NCBI GenBank assembly: GCA_964478165.1
Contig: CAYZGU010000004.1
Location: 39,351-103,350, forward strand
Length of the DNA: 64,000 nucleotides
Direction of reading: 5' to 3'
Origin: an uncultured bacterium
GTDB lineage: Bacteria > Poribacteria > WGA-4E > JAJDTR01
A model generated the notes under the pieces. It was not told the origin of the DNA, did no database searches, and worked only from the letters and a program-made list of their open reading frames with translations. The translations under genes and the position numbers were made by a program. Below are positions 29,557 to 39,943 of this stretch, piece by piece (the stretch's first letter is position 1; every line of letters begins with the position of its first letter).

Positions 29557-31680
29557 ATGACGATCGAAAAGAAGCATCACGTATTAGGTTGTCAAGAGGT
29601 AGATATAGTGAATATCCCAGATTGGCATGACATTCGTGGGAGGATTACATGCGAACACCCACGCATTTTGTTCAGGCCAGGTGATTTTGAACAGTTGCGA
29701 GCACGAATTCGGGTTCCCGCTTTCGCCCAGATTTTTCGACAACTTAAAGAACAGGCTGATAGAGGTCTTGAGAAATCATTGCCTAAGATTGAATTTCCTC
29801 CTGACTATTACGTGCCTAACCTCGGTCCGTGGGATTCGCGGTATGGCAAGAGTCAAGAAAGTATAGATGCGAATACAGCAGTTCAAGCACCATTCCGCTT
29901 CATTACATCGCTGGTAGAAAGCTCAGCACTGGTCTATCGGTTTACTGGAGATAAGTCCTATCTGGAACAGGCCCGCTGCGCGATGCAGTCATTAGCCGCA
30001 ATCGATTTGACGATCACGAGTTACACTAACGCGCACGGGTTCCATTCTATTGTTCCTGTATTAGCTTCGGGTTTGGATTATCTATGGGACGAACTGTTGC
30101 CTGACGAGCGCGACGTGATAGTTGCGGCCCTCACCGCGCGGGCAAGTGAGTTTCATCCGCTTTCCGTGCAAGAAGCTATGCATCGTAATCCGCTGGGCAG
30201 TCACGCCAACGTCTATGGTCCGCCCGGAATGGTTCGTGCCGCTTTAGCTCTCTTTCATCATGTGTCGCAGGCAGAGGACTGGCTGAAGGACATATTTGAC
30301 TATATGGAGCACACTTTCCCTACATTCGGTGGCGTTGATGGCGGGTGGGCACAGGGTTTTGGGTACATTCATTCACACAATTTCCAGATGATTTGCCAGA
30401 TTATCTACGTGGCAACGGGCGTTAATTTCTTTGAGACCTCTTGGGGGCGGAACAACGGTAAACATCTGTTGTACTTCCAGCCGCCCTATGGAAACTGCCC
30501 CAGTTTCGGTGACGCTGGCTACAATCGCCCGAAAGCCTTACATAAAACAATCATGCAGATATATGCCAGTGTGCATCAAGATGCGTACTACCAGTGGTAC
30601 GCAAATCAGATTGCGGAACCGGCGTTTAGCGCGTGGGGAATTGACCATGCACTGAGCCACCTGTTGACCTGGCCCGAGATGTCCGTGTCAAAGCCCCCAT
30701 CCGAGCTTCCTCAGTCAATCCACTTGCGCGATATTGATTGGGTTGCGATGCACAGCGATCTTGCGGACGGAAATCGGAACATCATGTTGCAGTTCAAGAG
30801 CAACAAGTTCGGTTCGTTTAGCCACAGTCACGCTGACCAAAATGCTTTTCTGCTCGAGGCTTTTGGCCAACCACTGCTAATAGATAGCGGTTATTATCCG
30901 TGGTATGGAAGTCCTCACGATTACAGTTGGACAAAGCAGACGCGTGCCCATAATGCGCTACTTTTCAACGGCAAAGGTCAGGCTGCGATGAATGTCGACT
31001 CCACGGGACGCATTATCGCCTTCGTCTCTACAGCAGATTTCGATTACACCGCAGGTGATGCCACAATTGCTTATCAGCAGCCTAGCCTCCCAAATCACAC
31101 AACGGGCGTAGTTCCTCATCCCGAGCTGTGTGCTGTTGATGAAGGTGTGGTCCGTGTCATGCGTCACATCGTGTTTATCAAACCAAATGCCTTCGTCATT
31201 CTAGACGATGTGGAAACACAATCGCCGGCATCCCTACAGTTCTTGCTGCATGCGTTCAATCCTTTTGACATTGATGAAGAGCAGCGGTCCATGATTGTCA
31301 GCCACGCTCCTGCTTTGGCGCGGATTCAGCTTCTCGATCCCGGTACGGTTAACATCTCACAGACCGACCAGTTCAGCGAACCTCCAGATGTCGGTGCGAC
31401 TAAAGCAGCTCATCCTAATCAGTGGCACTTGACCTGTGATTTTTCGCCCACGAGTTCTCATCGTCAGTTGCTGAGCGTGATAGTGGTTTGCCGCACAGGC
31501 GAAGAATCTTCACTTCCTGATGTTGAACGGATTGAAGCATCTGATATGATTGGTGTCCGCGTTGGATCGACATTTGTGCGGTTTCGCCTCAATAGGAATC
31601 CAGTGGCTGTGAGTTGTCTTGGACGCAGATTCGATGGAACAGTGAAGTGGCTCGAATGCTCTGGAACAACGGCTGTGTGA
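29557..31680 (+). CDS. heparinase II/III-like polysaccharide lyase (DUF4962 + Hepar_II_III; oligo-alginate lyase PL15/PL17-like)
   Basis: HPRILF, DGGWAQGFGY, FGD, HSHADQNAF, LLIDSGYY, AHNALLFNG; no signal peptide seen. Confidence 0.8.
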   Translation: MTIEKKHHVLGCQEVDIVNIPDWHDIRGRITCEHPRILFRPGDFEQLRARIRVPAFAQIFRQLKEQADRGLEKSLPKIEFPPDYYVPNLGPWDSRYGKSQESIDANTAVQAPFRFITSLVESSALVYRFTGDKSYLEQARCAMQSLAAIDLTITSYTNAHGFHSIVPVLASGLDYLWDELLPDERDVIVAALTARASEFHPLSVQEAMHRNPLGSHANVYGPPGMVRAALALFHHVSQAEDWLKDIFDYMEHTFPTFGGVDGGWAQGFGYIHSHNFQMICQIIYVATGVNFFETSWGRNNGKHLLYFQPPYGNCPSFGDAGYNRPKALHKTIMQIYASVHQDAYYQWYANQIAEPAFSAWGIDHALSHLLTWPEMSVSKPPSELPQSIHLRDIDWVAMHSDLADGNRNIMLQFKSNKFGSFSHSHADQNAFLLEAFGQPLLIDSGYYPWYGSPHDYSWTKQTRAHNALLFNGKGQAAMNVDSTGRIIAFVSTADFDYTAGDATIAYQQPSLPNHTTGVVPHPELCAVDEGVVRVMRHIVFIKPNAFVILDDVETQSPASLQFLLHAFNPFDIDEEQRSMIVSHAPALARIQLLDPGTVNISQTDQFSEPPDVGATKAAHPNQWHLTCDFSPTSSHRQLLSVIVVCRTGEESSLPDVERIEASDMIGVRVGSTFVRFRLNRNPVAVSCLGRRFDGTVKWLECSGTTAV

Positions 31681-31821
31681 GTTAGAAAACTTTCTAGTGT
31701 TGTTCTAGATATTGCTTTACAAGAGATTGAAAATGCTGTACTAAAAGTTCACGGGCATTCCTTCTGTGGTTTCTGGAGTGCCAATTGAGCCGCGCTTTTC
31801 GTTGTTCATAGGAGTATTAGT

Positions 31822-33519
31822 TTGAACGAAAAGAAAATTTTCAACATGACCCGTTGGGAAGATTGGAATCGAGAACACGGCACGCTTCCCAGCCCCGCTA
31901 CGGACTACTCCGAATGGCCCTCTGGTTATAGTATCTTACTGAATGAGAAGATTATGCATCCCGAGGATTTGTCGCTTTGGAAGATGAAGTTGGACCAAAA
32001 ACGACAGCTTTTTGTAGACGATTATCTTATTGCTCATACTGCGAACGTTAGGCGTCAATTCCACTCCGTAAAAAAGCATCCGGCCAACCCTGTTTTTAAA
32101 GATGTCTGGCCCCAGTACTTCTCTGCGGAGGGCAATCTTCTGCGAATGTACACTAAAGATATGGTTCAGGGCAGACGGTGTGTGCGCCTGTTCCAGTCCG
32201 AAGACGGTGTGCATTGGAGAGCCCCCAATCTCGATGTCTGTGATGTTTCTGATTATCCTCCGTCTGAGAGTATCGGAACGAACAATGTGGTCTGTCCGCG
32301 CGGTCAGTTACATGGACTCTTCTGCGAACCTGACGCGCCTGACCCGGAACGACAATGGAAGATGATTCTGAGTCACCACAAAAGATCTGTACCCGTAACC
32401 TGGCCCTACCTGAAAAGACAGGACGGTTATTACAAGGACGGATCACATGTCCCACTTGCTGGTGCCTATGTTCGTAAGGAGAAGATGCCGGAGCAGGTTA
32501 GTTTCTACGAGCTTCACACCTCTAGAGATGGAATAAACTGGAAATTTGATGCCAACACCAGTCTACAGAAATCAGAATCGCATGTTTATACTCCGTTGCA
32601 CCGGCCTTTAGGCATCGGAGACTGTCTGGTTACCCGATGGGATCCGATTCTGAGAAAGTACATTGCTCATGCCAAAGCATTCGTTGGCCCGGACTTCAGG
32701 TTTCCGCCGTGCAATGAGGCTAGAACAGTACTCTGGTGTGAGAGCGACGATCTGATCCACTGGAGTCCGCCTAGGGTGTATGCCTACCCTGATACGAAGG
32801 ACGCAGCAACGTATGGGATGTACGGAGTGTACGAAGCCGACGGCTGGCCTTACGAGAGCATGTGGCTTGGTTGCTTATCGATGACGGCTTATTTCCCCTC
32901 GCCAAATACCGACTGGTTGGCCAAACTGAACTGGATTGTTCTGGCCGGCAGTAGAGATGGTCACACCTGGTACTATCTTGGCGATCGTGAACCCTTTATC
33001 CCTAATGGCGAGGGGAACAGCTTTGATGCACACTATATACGCATGGCCAATCTGTGCAACACGGGGGGACCGCTGGTACGAGATAATGAACTTTGGTTCT
33101 ATTATTTGGGCAACTATGGTGGTACGACGGAGTTTGCGGGACTAGAGCGCGGTAGTAGAGCCCGTTGGGAGTATGGCGGCGGAATTGGCAAAATTAGAAG
33201 AGATGGTTTTGCTTCTCTTAATGCTGGAGACCGTGCAGGAGTGGTCATTACCCGTCCACTGACTTTTTTAGGTGAAGGAGTGCTGTGGGTCAATGCGGAT
33301 GTGGAGTCAGGTGGCTACGTCAAGGTATCGGTTTTATCGGAGGACGCCGCTGAAGTGCCCATGTTTGAAGAGCACAATTGCAATGGTGTGTCAATGGACA
33401 CCCTCTGTGGAGTAATCAGATGGAAGGAGAGGGAAATGTTAGCAGAAGTGAAGAATCGGTACATTAGACTCGCCTTTCATCTTAAGAACGCGAAGCTGTA
33501 CTCTTTTTGGATCTCTTGA
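31822..33519 (+). CDS. beta-propeller glycoside-hydrolase-like protein (GH32/43/130-like fold) with C-terminal beta-sandwich
   Basis: RQLFVDD, KKHPANPV, Asp-box-like SEDGVHW/SRDGINW/SDDLIHW/SRDGHTW, LWFYY, RRDGFASL, LYSFW. Confidence 0.7.
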   Translation: MNEKKIFNMTRWEDWNREHGTLPSPATDYSEWPSGYSILLNEKIMHPEDLSLWKMKLDQKRQLFVDDYLIAHTANVRRQFHSVKKHPANPVFKDVWPQYFSAEGNLLRMYTKDMVQGRRCVRLFQSEDGVHWRAPNLDVCDVSDYPPSESIGTNNVVCPRGQLHGLFCEPDAPDPERQWKMILSHHKRSVPVTWPYLKRQDGYYKDGSHVPLAGAYVRKEKMPEQVSFYELHTSRDGINWKFDANTSLQKSESHVYTPLHRPLGIGDCLVTRWDPILRKYIAHAKAFVGPDFRFPPCNEARTVLWCESDDLIHWSPPRVYAYPDTKDAATYGMYGVYEADGWPYESMWLGCLSMTAYFPSPNTDWLAKLNWIVLAGSRDGHTWYYLGDREPFIPNGEGNSFDAHYIRMANLCNTGGPLVRDNELWFYYLGNYGGTTEFAGLERGSRARWEYGGGIGKIRRDGFASLNAGDRAGVVITRPLTFLGEGVLWVNADVESGGYVKVSVLSEDAAEVPMFEEHNCNGVSMDTLCGVIRWKEREMLAEVKNRYIRLAFHLKNAKLYSFWIS

Positions 33520-34007
33520 AAAGGAAGAAGACAAACAAAGGAGCCACGTGTTGAAACAGGTTCATAGATTGTTGATGTCCGCTCTCTCCGGAGTGTTGTT
33601 GATTTAGTCAGATTCAACCGTGGTAGCCATTCAGTTCTTTGCATGGTTATACAAGGATCCAATGTTTTAATCAAGAACCTTTCAACGTAAGCGGCACGGC
33701 GTGCGAGTCTCTGCACGATGGCGTGTAAACTCATTGAGCGAGTAAGTCATGGCGTTTCGGTCTCAATGATAAAGTGGTGCGGGAATCGATGCTTTGCGTG
33801 GCGCCAGTTGTAGCGAATATGACCAGCCCTCACGCGTTTTTTGCTGCGCGCATTTGCGACATCTCAGAGTAGCGGGCAGCCTGTCACGGCTAGGAAGGCT
33901 TCCTATCTTTAGGACTTATTTCAGGCAAGCTGTGTGAAATGTTGTGGATGCGATAGGCAAATATCAATGTCTGCCTCCGAATCTCAGTTTATGCACGGTG
34001 AATCAAC

Positions 34008-34035
34008 TGGACAGCGAAGCACGGTGGTGTATAAG
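34008..34035 (+). promoter_or_regulatory. possible sigma70 promoter
   Basis: TGGACA, 16 nt, TATAAG, about 180 nt upstream of the next CDS. Confidence 0.35.
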
Positions 34036-34216
34036 TTCTGTCCAATTGATTTTAGAGCGTCTGACCTTAGTCGGTTGATTTGAAATTGCAATCTGGTTAA
34101 TCAGATCCGTGCATTACTCGAACGCTTGCAGAGATTCGAGTCAAAAAAGGATTGGGTGCTCAGGGCACCATTGGTTTAACCGAAACGGTCTGCGATCTGT
34201 TCAAGCGATAGACACT

Positions 34217-35743
34217 ATGCTTATTACCCATGATATGAAACACTTCAATCTGGCGGAGAATACTCACAAGGCGCTCCATCGAGCAGCGTCTATCGATGTG
34301 GGCACCGAGCGTCAGTTGCTTTTCGATGATTTTTTTGTTGCCATGGGCTCCCAGCCTGCACAGTATCCATACGGAATTCGTTGGGTGATTGCTCCTGTGG
34401 AAAAACACGCCTTCCCCCTCTTCTGTGGTCAGCCGCCTTGGGAAACCTCGATCGCTTGGATATCCGTGATGCATGACGGCGGTCGTTTCCGTATGTGGTA
34501 CAATAGTCAGCACGAAAACCGGCGTGGCCTACTTGTGAGCTACGCTGAGTCTGACGATGGTCTCCACTTTAGGCGCGAAAATCTGGCACTGCTTGAGTCC
34601 CAGAATTCGATGTACAACAACATTGTCTTCGACGGCGGATTTAATGGTGTGTCTCCGGAGATGGGAAATGTTTTTATTGATTCCACTGCACCCGAGTCCG
34701 AGCGCTACAAAATGATCTACACCGACTGGCCAGGCGCACATGTCTTTGACGAACCTTTTACCCACAACGTTGGCGTGTTGAGGGGTGCTGCTTCGCCTGA
34801 CGGGTTACATTGGAATCGTTACTACGACAACTTCTTGGGCAAGTATTGTGATTCTCAGAATTCGGCGTGCTGGGATGGAGATCTCGGGTGTTACGTTGCG
34901 TATCATCGCACGATTGGTACTCATGGAAGCTTGCGGATAGGGAACTTCAAGGTGGATGGAGAACGTCGTGGTCGTGCTATTGGTCGACTAGAATCGCGGG
35001 ACTATCGTAATTGGGAGTCGGGTGGTGTCGCGCTTCAGGCAGACTTCGACGATGGCCTGAATGTCGATGTCTACAATAGCGCGTACAGCCGGTATCCAAA
35101 ATCGCCTCATGCTCACTTTCTTTTCCCTTCATTCTATCACCACTACGAAGGTACCTTCCACGTTCAGGTCTGCACTAGTCGGGACAACCGCAACTGGTTT
35201 CGTCCGAGTCGAGAGACCTTTATTCCGTTGGGTGAACGCGGGGAGTTTGACAGTTTCATGATTAGCGTTGCACCCGGATTCGTACCTCTTGACGATGATC
35301 GTTTCGCTCTATACTACCGCTCTGCTGATGGTCCTCATGGGGGCGCCGGTGTGGAGTTGACTGAATCAGAACAGAAGAAAGTTGCTGCCCGCGTTGGTCG
35401 AGTGGTGTTCAAACGGGATCGCATTGTCGGCATTGAGGCCGGGGAGCAAGGTGGACACTTTTGCACTCGTCCTCTACTCTTTTCCGGTAAAACTCTAAAA
35501 CTCAACATCGAACCCATAGGTCCTAATTCGCGTTTACGGGTAGAGTTACTGTCATGGGAAAAAGAGGAGCCTATCGATGGATATGCTTTTGCGGCGTGTG
35601 ACCCGTTGAGTAACGACGATCTCGATGCCGAAGTACACTGGCAAGGCAACGACGGTATTGAGTCTTCTGTCGCGGAAAAACCTGTGCGCTTGCACTTCGA
35701 ATTCTTCAACATGCGAATCTATGCCTTCCAGTTTGGGGAGTGA
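34217..35743 (+). CDS. beta-propeller glycoside-hydrolase-like protein (paralogous type to 31822)
   Basis: RQLLFDD, FRMWY, YAESDDGLHF, SPDGLHW, DSQN..WD, SRDNRNW, KRDRIVG, IYAFQF; start uncertain (34109, 34217 or 34235). Confidence 0.7.
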   Translation: MLITHDMKHFNLAENTHKALHRAASIDVGTERQLLFDDFFVAMGSQPAQYPYGIRWVIAPVEKHAFPLFCGQPPWETSIAWISVMHDGGRFRMWYNSQHENRRGLLVSYAESDDGLHFRRENLALLESQNSMYNNIVFDGGFNGVSPEMGNVFIDSTAPESERYKMIYTDWPGAHVFDEPFTHNVGVLRGAASPDGLHWNRYYDNFLGKYCDSQNSACWDGDLGCYVAYHRTIGTHGSLRIGNFKVDGERRGRAIGRLESRDYRNWESGGVALQADFDDGLNVDVYNSAYSRYPKSPHAHFLFPSFYHHYEGTFHVQVCTSRDNRNWFRPSRETFIPLGERGEFDSFMISVAPGFVPLDDDRFALYYRSADGPHGGAGVELTESEQKKVAARVGRVVFKRDRIVGIEAGEQGGHFCTRPLLFSGKTLKLNIEPIGPNSRLRVELLSWEKEEPIDGYAFAACDPLSNDDLDAEVHWQGNDGIESSVAEKPVRLHFEFFNMRIYAFQFGE

Positions 35744-35744
35744 A

Positions 35745-36755
35745 ATGAAAATTACTAGTGTAGAACTCAGTGAGGTATTTGTCCCGTATATCCGCCCCAT
35801 CCGAAACGTTGGCCACAGCGATTCGGAACATACTATCGTACAGGTGCACACCGATGAAGGCCTTATTGGCCTGGGGGAAATCTGGCAGCCCGCTAGTGCA
35901 ATCAAGCCAGACGTTCAAAGGTTCATCGGTGAAGATCCATTGCTGATGAACCTGGAAAATCTTGGTCCACCGTGGCAGTCTGCGTTGTACGACATTGTGG
36001 CGCAGGCAAAGGAGGTGCCAGTGTGGTGGCTGCTGGGTGACAAGGTGCGTGACGAGGTTCCAGTAGCGTACTGGTCGTGTCATCTGGCACCTCATGATAC
36101 GGCGGAGGAGGCGGAAAAGGCAGCATCGCTAGGTTTTACCGTCCATAAACTCAAAGCACATGCGAACGACATCGTTCTTCAAGCAGAATTTATGACTCAG
36201 GCGACGAAGGGCATAGATTACGCGATTCGTGTGGATCCCAATTGCGGATTCAAGTATCCGGCCACAGCGGTTCGCTTGGCCCGTGAACTGGCACCCTACA
36301 ATATACAATCTTTTGAAGACCCGCTCGAGAAAGAGAACTTTAATGTTGCGTGGTACTCGTTGTTGCGCCACAAAACTGACATTCCGCAGGCGCTGCATCT
36401 CATCAGTCCTGAGACTGTGCTTCGTGCAGTCAAAGGAGAAGCTGTAGATTGCTTTAACATCAGTGGAAACGTGGCAACCGTTAAAAAATGCGCTGCTATT
36501 GCTGAGGCCGCTGGTTGCCCTATATGGCTCCAAACCGGTGGCTTGTGTTTAGGAATTCAAACAGCGTTCTCGACACATTTGCAGGCTACGCTGACGAACG
36601 AGTTGCTGGCATGCGACGAACTGCCATTTGTGCGAGATAATGACCTAATTGGCGGATCTCTGGAATTTAATTCGGGTCATTTCATTGTTCCGCAGGAAAA
36701 CGGCTTGGGGATTACACTAGACATGGACGCAGTGGCTCATTATTCGACGGCGTGA
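35745..36755 (+). CDS. mandelate racemase/muconate lactonizing enzyme family protein
   Basis: MKITSVE, VHTDEGLIGLGE, ALYD..VPVWWLLG, KLK, RVDPN, FEDP, GLGITLD; starts 2 nt after the upstream stop. Confidence 0.9.
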   Translation: MKITSVELSEVFVPYIRPIRNVGHSDSEHTIVQVHTDEGLIGLGEIWQPASAIKPDVQRFIGEDPLLMNLENLGPPWQSALYDIVAQAKEVPVWWLLGDKVRDEVPVAYWSCHLAPHDTAEEAEKAASLGFTVHKLKAHANDIVLQAEFMTQATKGIDYAIRVDPNCGFKYPATAVRLARELAPYNIQSFEDPLEKENFNVAWYSLLRHKTDIPQALHLISPETVLRAVKGEAVDCFNISGNVATVKKCAAIAEAAGCPIWLQTGGLCLGIQTAFSTHLQATLTNELLACDELPFVRDNDLIGGSLEFNSGHFIVPQENGLGITLDMDAVAHYSTA

Positions 36756-36967
36756 ATGGTATGATAAACGACCAGGACCGTGTTAAGCAGCCCTGGTTTC
36801 AATGTTCTAACTTGCCGAGGGAAATTTAAATTGGTGGGCGAATTAGCACGGATAGACTTTCCAAGTATGCGAATTTGACCCCTGTTGTCGGTTTTCTTGT
36901 TTTCACGAGGGAATCAGCGGCATCATCTTGGTAATCGCTCGCATTCCGTAAAAAACTTTTTATTATT

Positions 36968-37942
36968 ATGAATATCCTACCCAAAAAATTCATTCGTGTA
37001 ATGCCGGATAAACTTCAACCCTTTGTGATCGAGGTTTTCGAGCGCGTAGGAACGTCAGCGGAAGGCGCAGAGTTCCTCGCTGATCTGTTGGTGCGTACGG
37101 ACTTACGCGGCGTCTTCAGTCACGGCACGTGTCAATTACCCGGATACATAGAGAAGATTCGTGATGGCCAAGTGAACCCGTGTCCAAATGTAAGTGTTGT
37201 GGACGACTCCGTCTCGACAGCGGTTGTAGATGGTGATGGGGGGCTTGGACATTTTGCCGCTTATCGTGCTGCTTGCATTGCGGTAGAAAAGGCTAAAAGT
37301 ATAGGGTTAGGCGCTGCTGTGAGCCGAAACCATTTTCATATTGGAAGTGCAGGCAAGTATTCTCGACTTGCGCTTGAGTCGGAATGTGTCGGTTTTGTCG
37401 TATCGGCACACCGTGTGCGCCATGCCCCAGAATCCTCGATATTGAACGCTTCTCAAGCGTCACCCATGAGTTTTGCAATCCCTTCCGGTCGGGAAGCACC
37501 GATCGTTGTGGATATGGCGAACTCTATAAGTTCGGATGAGCCTATAGAATCTCTTTTCCCACGCATCCCAGCTACGTTTTTTAAAAACCTTGGTCTGGGT
37601 ATGGTCTGTCACGCGCTCGGCGGTTTCATGGCGGGTATTTGGTTGTTTGATAACCCAGGTGATTCCAGCATCTGGGAGGCGTCAGACCAGGGTGCTTTCG
37701 TAATGGCAATCGATGTCTCACGGTTTATTCCGGCGACCGATTTTAAGCGTGACATTGACCAATATCTGCGTGCACTACATGAAACGCAGCCTGCGCCTGG
37801 ATATGACCGAGCTACTCTTCCGGGTGAATTGGAATTTGAACGAGAGCGGGAATGGCAAAAGTACGGGATTCCAATCGGAACGAAACACCAGGATGCGCTG
37901 TCGTTGGTTGCCAATCGGCTTGGTATTCCTGTTCCGTTTTGA
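36968..37942 (+). CDS. Ldh_2 (type 2 malate/L-lactate/sulfolactate dehydrogenase) family oxidoreductase
   Basis: DLRGVFSHG, VVDGDGGLGH, NHFHIG, VVDMA, LPGELE. Confidence 0.9.
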   Translation: MNILPKKFIRVMPDKLQPFVIEVFERVGTSAEGAEFLADLLVRTDLRGVFSHGTCQLPGYIEKIRDGQVNPCPNVSVVDDSVSTAVVDGDGGLGHFAAYRAACIAVEKAKSIGLGAAVSRNHFHIGSAGKYSRLALESECVGFVVSAHRVRHAPESSILNASQASPMSFAIPSGREAPIVVDMANSISSDEPIESLFPRIPATFFKNLGLGMVCHALGGFMAGIWLFDNPGDSSIWEASDQGAFVMAIDVSRFIPATDFKRDIDQYLRALHETQPAPGYDRATLPGELEFEREREWQKYGIPIGTKHQDALSLVANRLGIPVPF

Positions 37943-38314
37943 GTGACTCCCACGTTGCCTAGTAATCTTGCGCTAGGTGCTAGACAGGTCGACAAATTTG
38001 CCGCGGTTCCGAGGGATTTTAAGTTGGTTTATCAATGACAGAATGCCGACACCCTACAATCTAAGGATGGAAACTACTGCCTAACTTGAGGGCGAACAGC
38101 CGCGAGTGCAGGTGAAAAATCCAGCTAGTCTTTTGCATTCACGCGGTTCATTAAATCACCAGCTGCCGAAGATTCCTGATTCAGTTCAAATCCAAAGTCG
38201 CGTGGTGCAAAAAGGAAGCTGGCTTACATGATGCTAAGAAAAGGATTCGGCGAAGCACATTCTATGATATAGTTAAGCGATGCCTGTCAATCTGTGCTGC
38301 GCCGATCGCTCTCG

Positions 38315-39922
38315 ATGAATATGACAATGCCACCACCCACATATAGAATTCTTTTCAACTGGGATGGAACGCCTGATGGCTATTCGGAATATCCACAGTC
38401 GCTAGATCAGCTCCTCGATATCATCTATGCGCCGCTGGTTGATACGCAAGTCGGTGCACTTTTCTGGTGTTTGGGCGCGGAGGAAGCCAAGTGGCCGTCC
38501 GAAGTTTTGCCGGTGATTGGGGATGCTGAGAATCGCTGTTATGGTTCTGTCAAGCACATGCGGCGTGCCGAAGGAGTGCGATCGATGTTCGCGTGCCGTG
38601 ACGATCTATACGATGCTATCGTGCATCGGGGGCATGAGTTGGGTATTCACGTCTACTGCTCAATTCGGATGAACGACAATCATTTTTGGTCCGATACTGC
38701 TCGGCGTGCTTCCCCTCTCACACCTACAGAGATGGCAGATGTTGTTCGGCCCGGGCTGACACAATTTCGCAAAGACCATTCGGAATGGTGTCTTGGCGGA
38801 TTACATGCTCCGGAATGGGCCTCCACATCGTGGAATATGGCTATTCCCGAAGTTCGAAAGTATAGATTTAAATACATAGAGGAGGCGTGTGGACTCGCCG
38901 ACTGGGATGGGATTGAGTTGGACTGGCAGCGACATGCCTTCCATCTGCCGGAACATGATGCGTTCCGACTGCGTTACACCCTTACCGATTTGCAACGTGC
39001 TGTGCGGAAAATGACATGTGTGATTGCCGAAGAACGAAGCAGACCTTTCTACCTGGCAACGCGGGTAGGTGCTTCGGTTGAGACGTGTCACCGGGTTGGG
39101 TGCGATCTTGCAACGTGGATGCAGGAAGGTCTCTGTGACATCGTTGCCACGGGCGCTAACTCTGGAACGGATTCTGGCGTGGAGATTGAGGAATTTCTAG
39201 CTCTGGCAAAAGGCACCAAGGTAAAGTTGTATCCGGGTTTCGACAGTCATTGGGAATCTGGCGCTAGACGTCTGATTCCATCGAAACGCTGGTTGGAAGC
39301 TTGGTATCGTGGTCTGGCCCAGGCATACTTTGACCGTGGTGCGGCCGGAGTACACATCTTCAATTGGCATGCAACGTCGTGTACGCATAGATCTCTGTTG
39401 ACAACGCTCGGTTCGCCTGAAACGTTGAGGCGTAAACACAAAGTTTATACCGCTCTCAAGCGTCATATACGAGCCCGGAGTGAGTTGCGGTACGGTGCTG
39501 AACGGGATGACCGTCTCTATGGGGAGGCGCCGGTTCCGCTCTACCGGACACTGACCAGAGAGGGTCCTAAGTTCCATGTTCGCATCCATGACGATGTTCT
39601 AGCTGCGTCGCAGATAGGCGTATTAGACAACGTTGCGCTTCATATCGAGTTCTCGCACTATTCGTCTGCTGATGAGGTTGAGGTTCACCTGGACGATTGT
39701 CTGTTGCCCGCGCCAACCATCGAGAATGTTGCAGCTGTCGATCGAGATAACCCTTCCGATGTGGATGAAAATAGTTGGCTCATCTGGACTCTCGAAGCGG
39801 GGACTATAGACAGGGGTGTGCACGAAATCCAGGTCTTTTTGGTCGTACGTGATGTGCGAATTCGCGTGCCTCTGATCGTGGAGAATGTCGAGGTTTATCT
39901 CAGTTTTAAGTGCGATTCGTGA
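38315..39922 (+). CDS. GHL10-like TIM-barrel protein, NWDG subfamily
   Basis: NWDG, SIRMND, WNMAIPEVR, DGIELDWQRHAFH, NPSDVDENSW; paralog of 25413 and 57028. Confidence 0.7.
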   Translation: MNMTMPPPTYRILFNWDGTPDGYSEYPQSLDQLLDIIYAPLVDTQVGALFWCLGAEEAKWPSEVLPVIGDAENRCYGSVKHMRRAEGVRSMFACRDDLYDAIVHRGHELGIHVYCSIRMNDNHFWSDTARRASPLTPTEMADVVRPGLTQFRKDHSEWCLGGLHAPEWASTSWNMAIPEVRKYRFKYIEEACGLADWDGIELDWQRHAFHLPEHDAFRLRYTLTDLQRAVRKMTCVIAEERSRPFYLATRVGASVETCHRVGCDLATWMQEGLCDIVATGANSGTDSGVEIEEFLALAKGTKVKLYPGFDSHWESGARRLIPSKRWLEAWYRGLAQAYFDRGAAGVHIFNWHATSCTHRSLLTTLGSPETLRRKHKVYTALKRHIRARSELRYGAERDDRLYGEAPVPLYRTLTREGPKFHVRIHDDVLAASQIGVLDNVALHIEFSHYSSADEVEVHLDDCLLPAPTIENVAAVDRDNPSDVDENSWLIWTLEAGTIDRGVHEIQVFLVVRDVRIRVPLIVENVEVYLSFKCDS

Positions 39923-39943
39923 ACAAACAATACAGGAGGCAAC

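Noticed and set aside
33477-33734. Minus ORF containing AYVERFLIKTL, reminiscent of an IS3-type integrase motif
   Set aside because: A single short motif with no DDE context or inverted repeats; needs blastx
38094-38149. Imperfect long hairpin (CCGCG/CGCGG, AGTGCA/TGCATT)
   Set aside because: Single bulged stem with no known RNA motif or second copy
34014-38258. GCGAAGCAC 9-mer before putative -10 boxes at 34014 and 38250
   Set aside because: Only two copies with different spacing; compatible with chance
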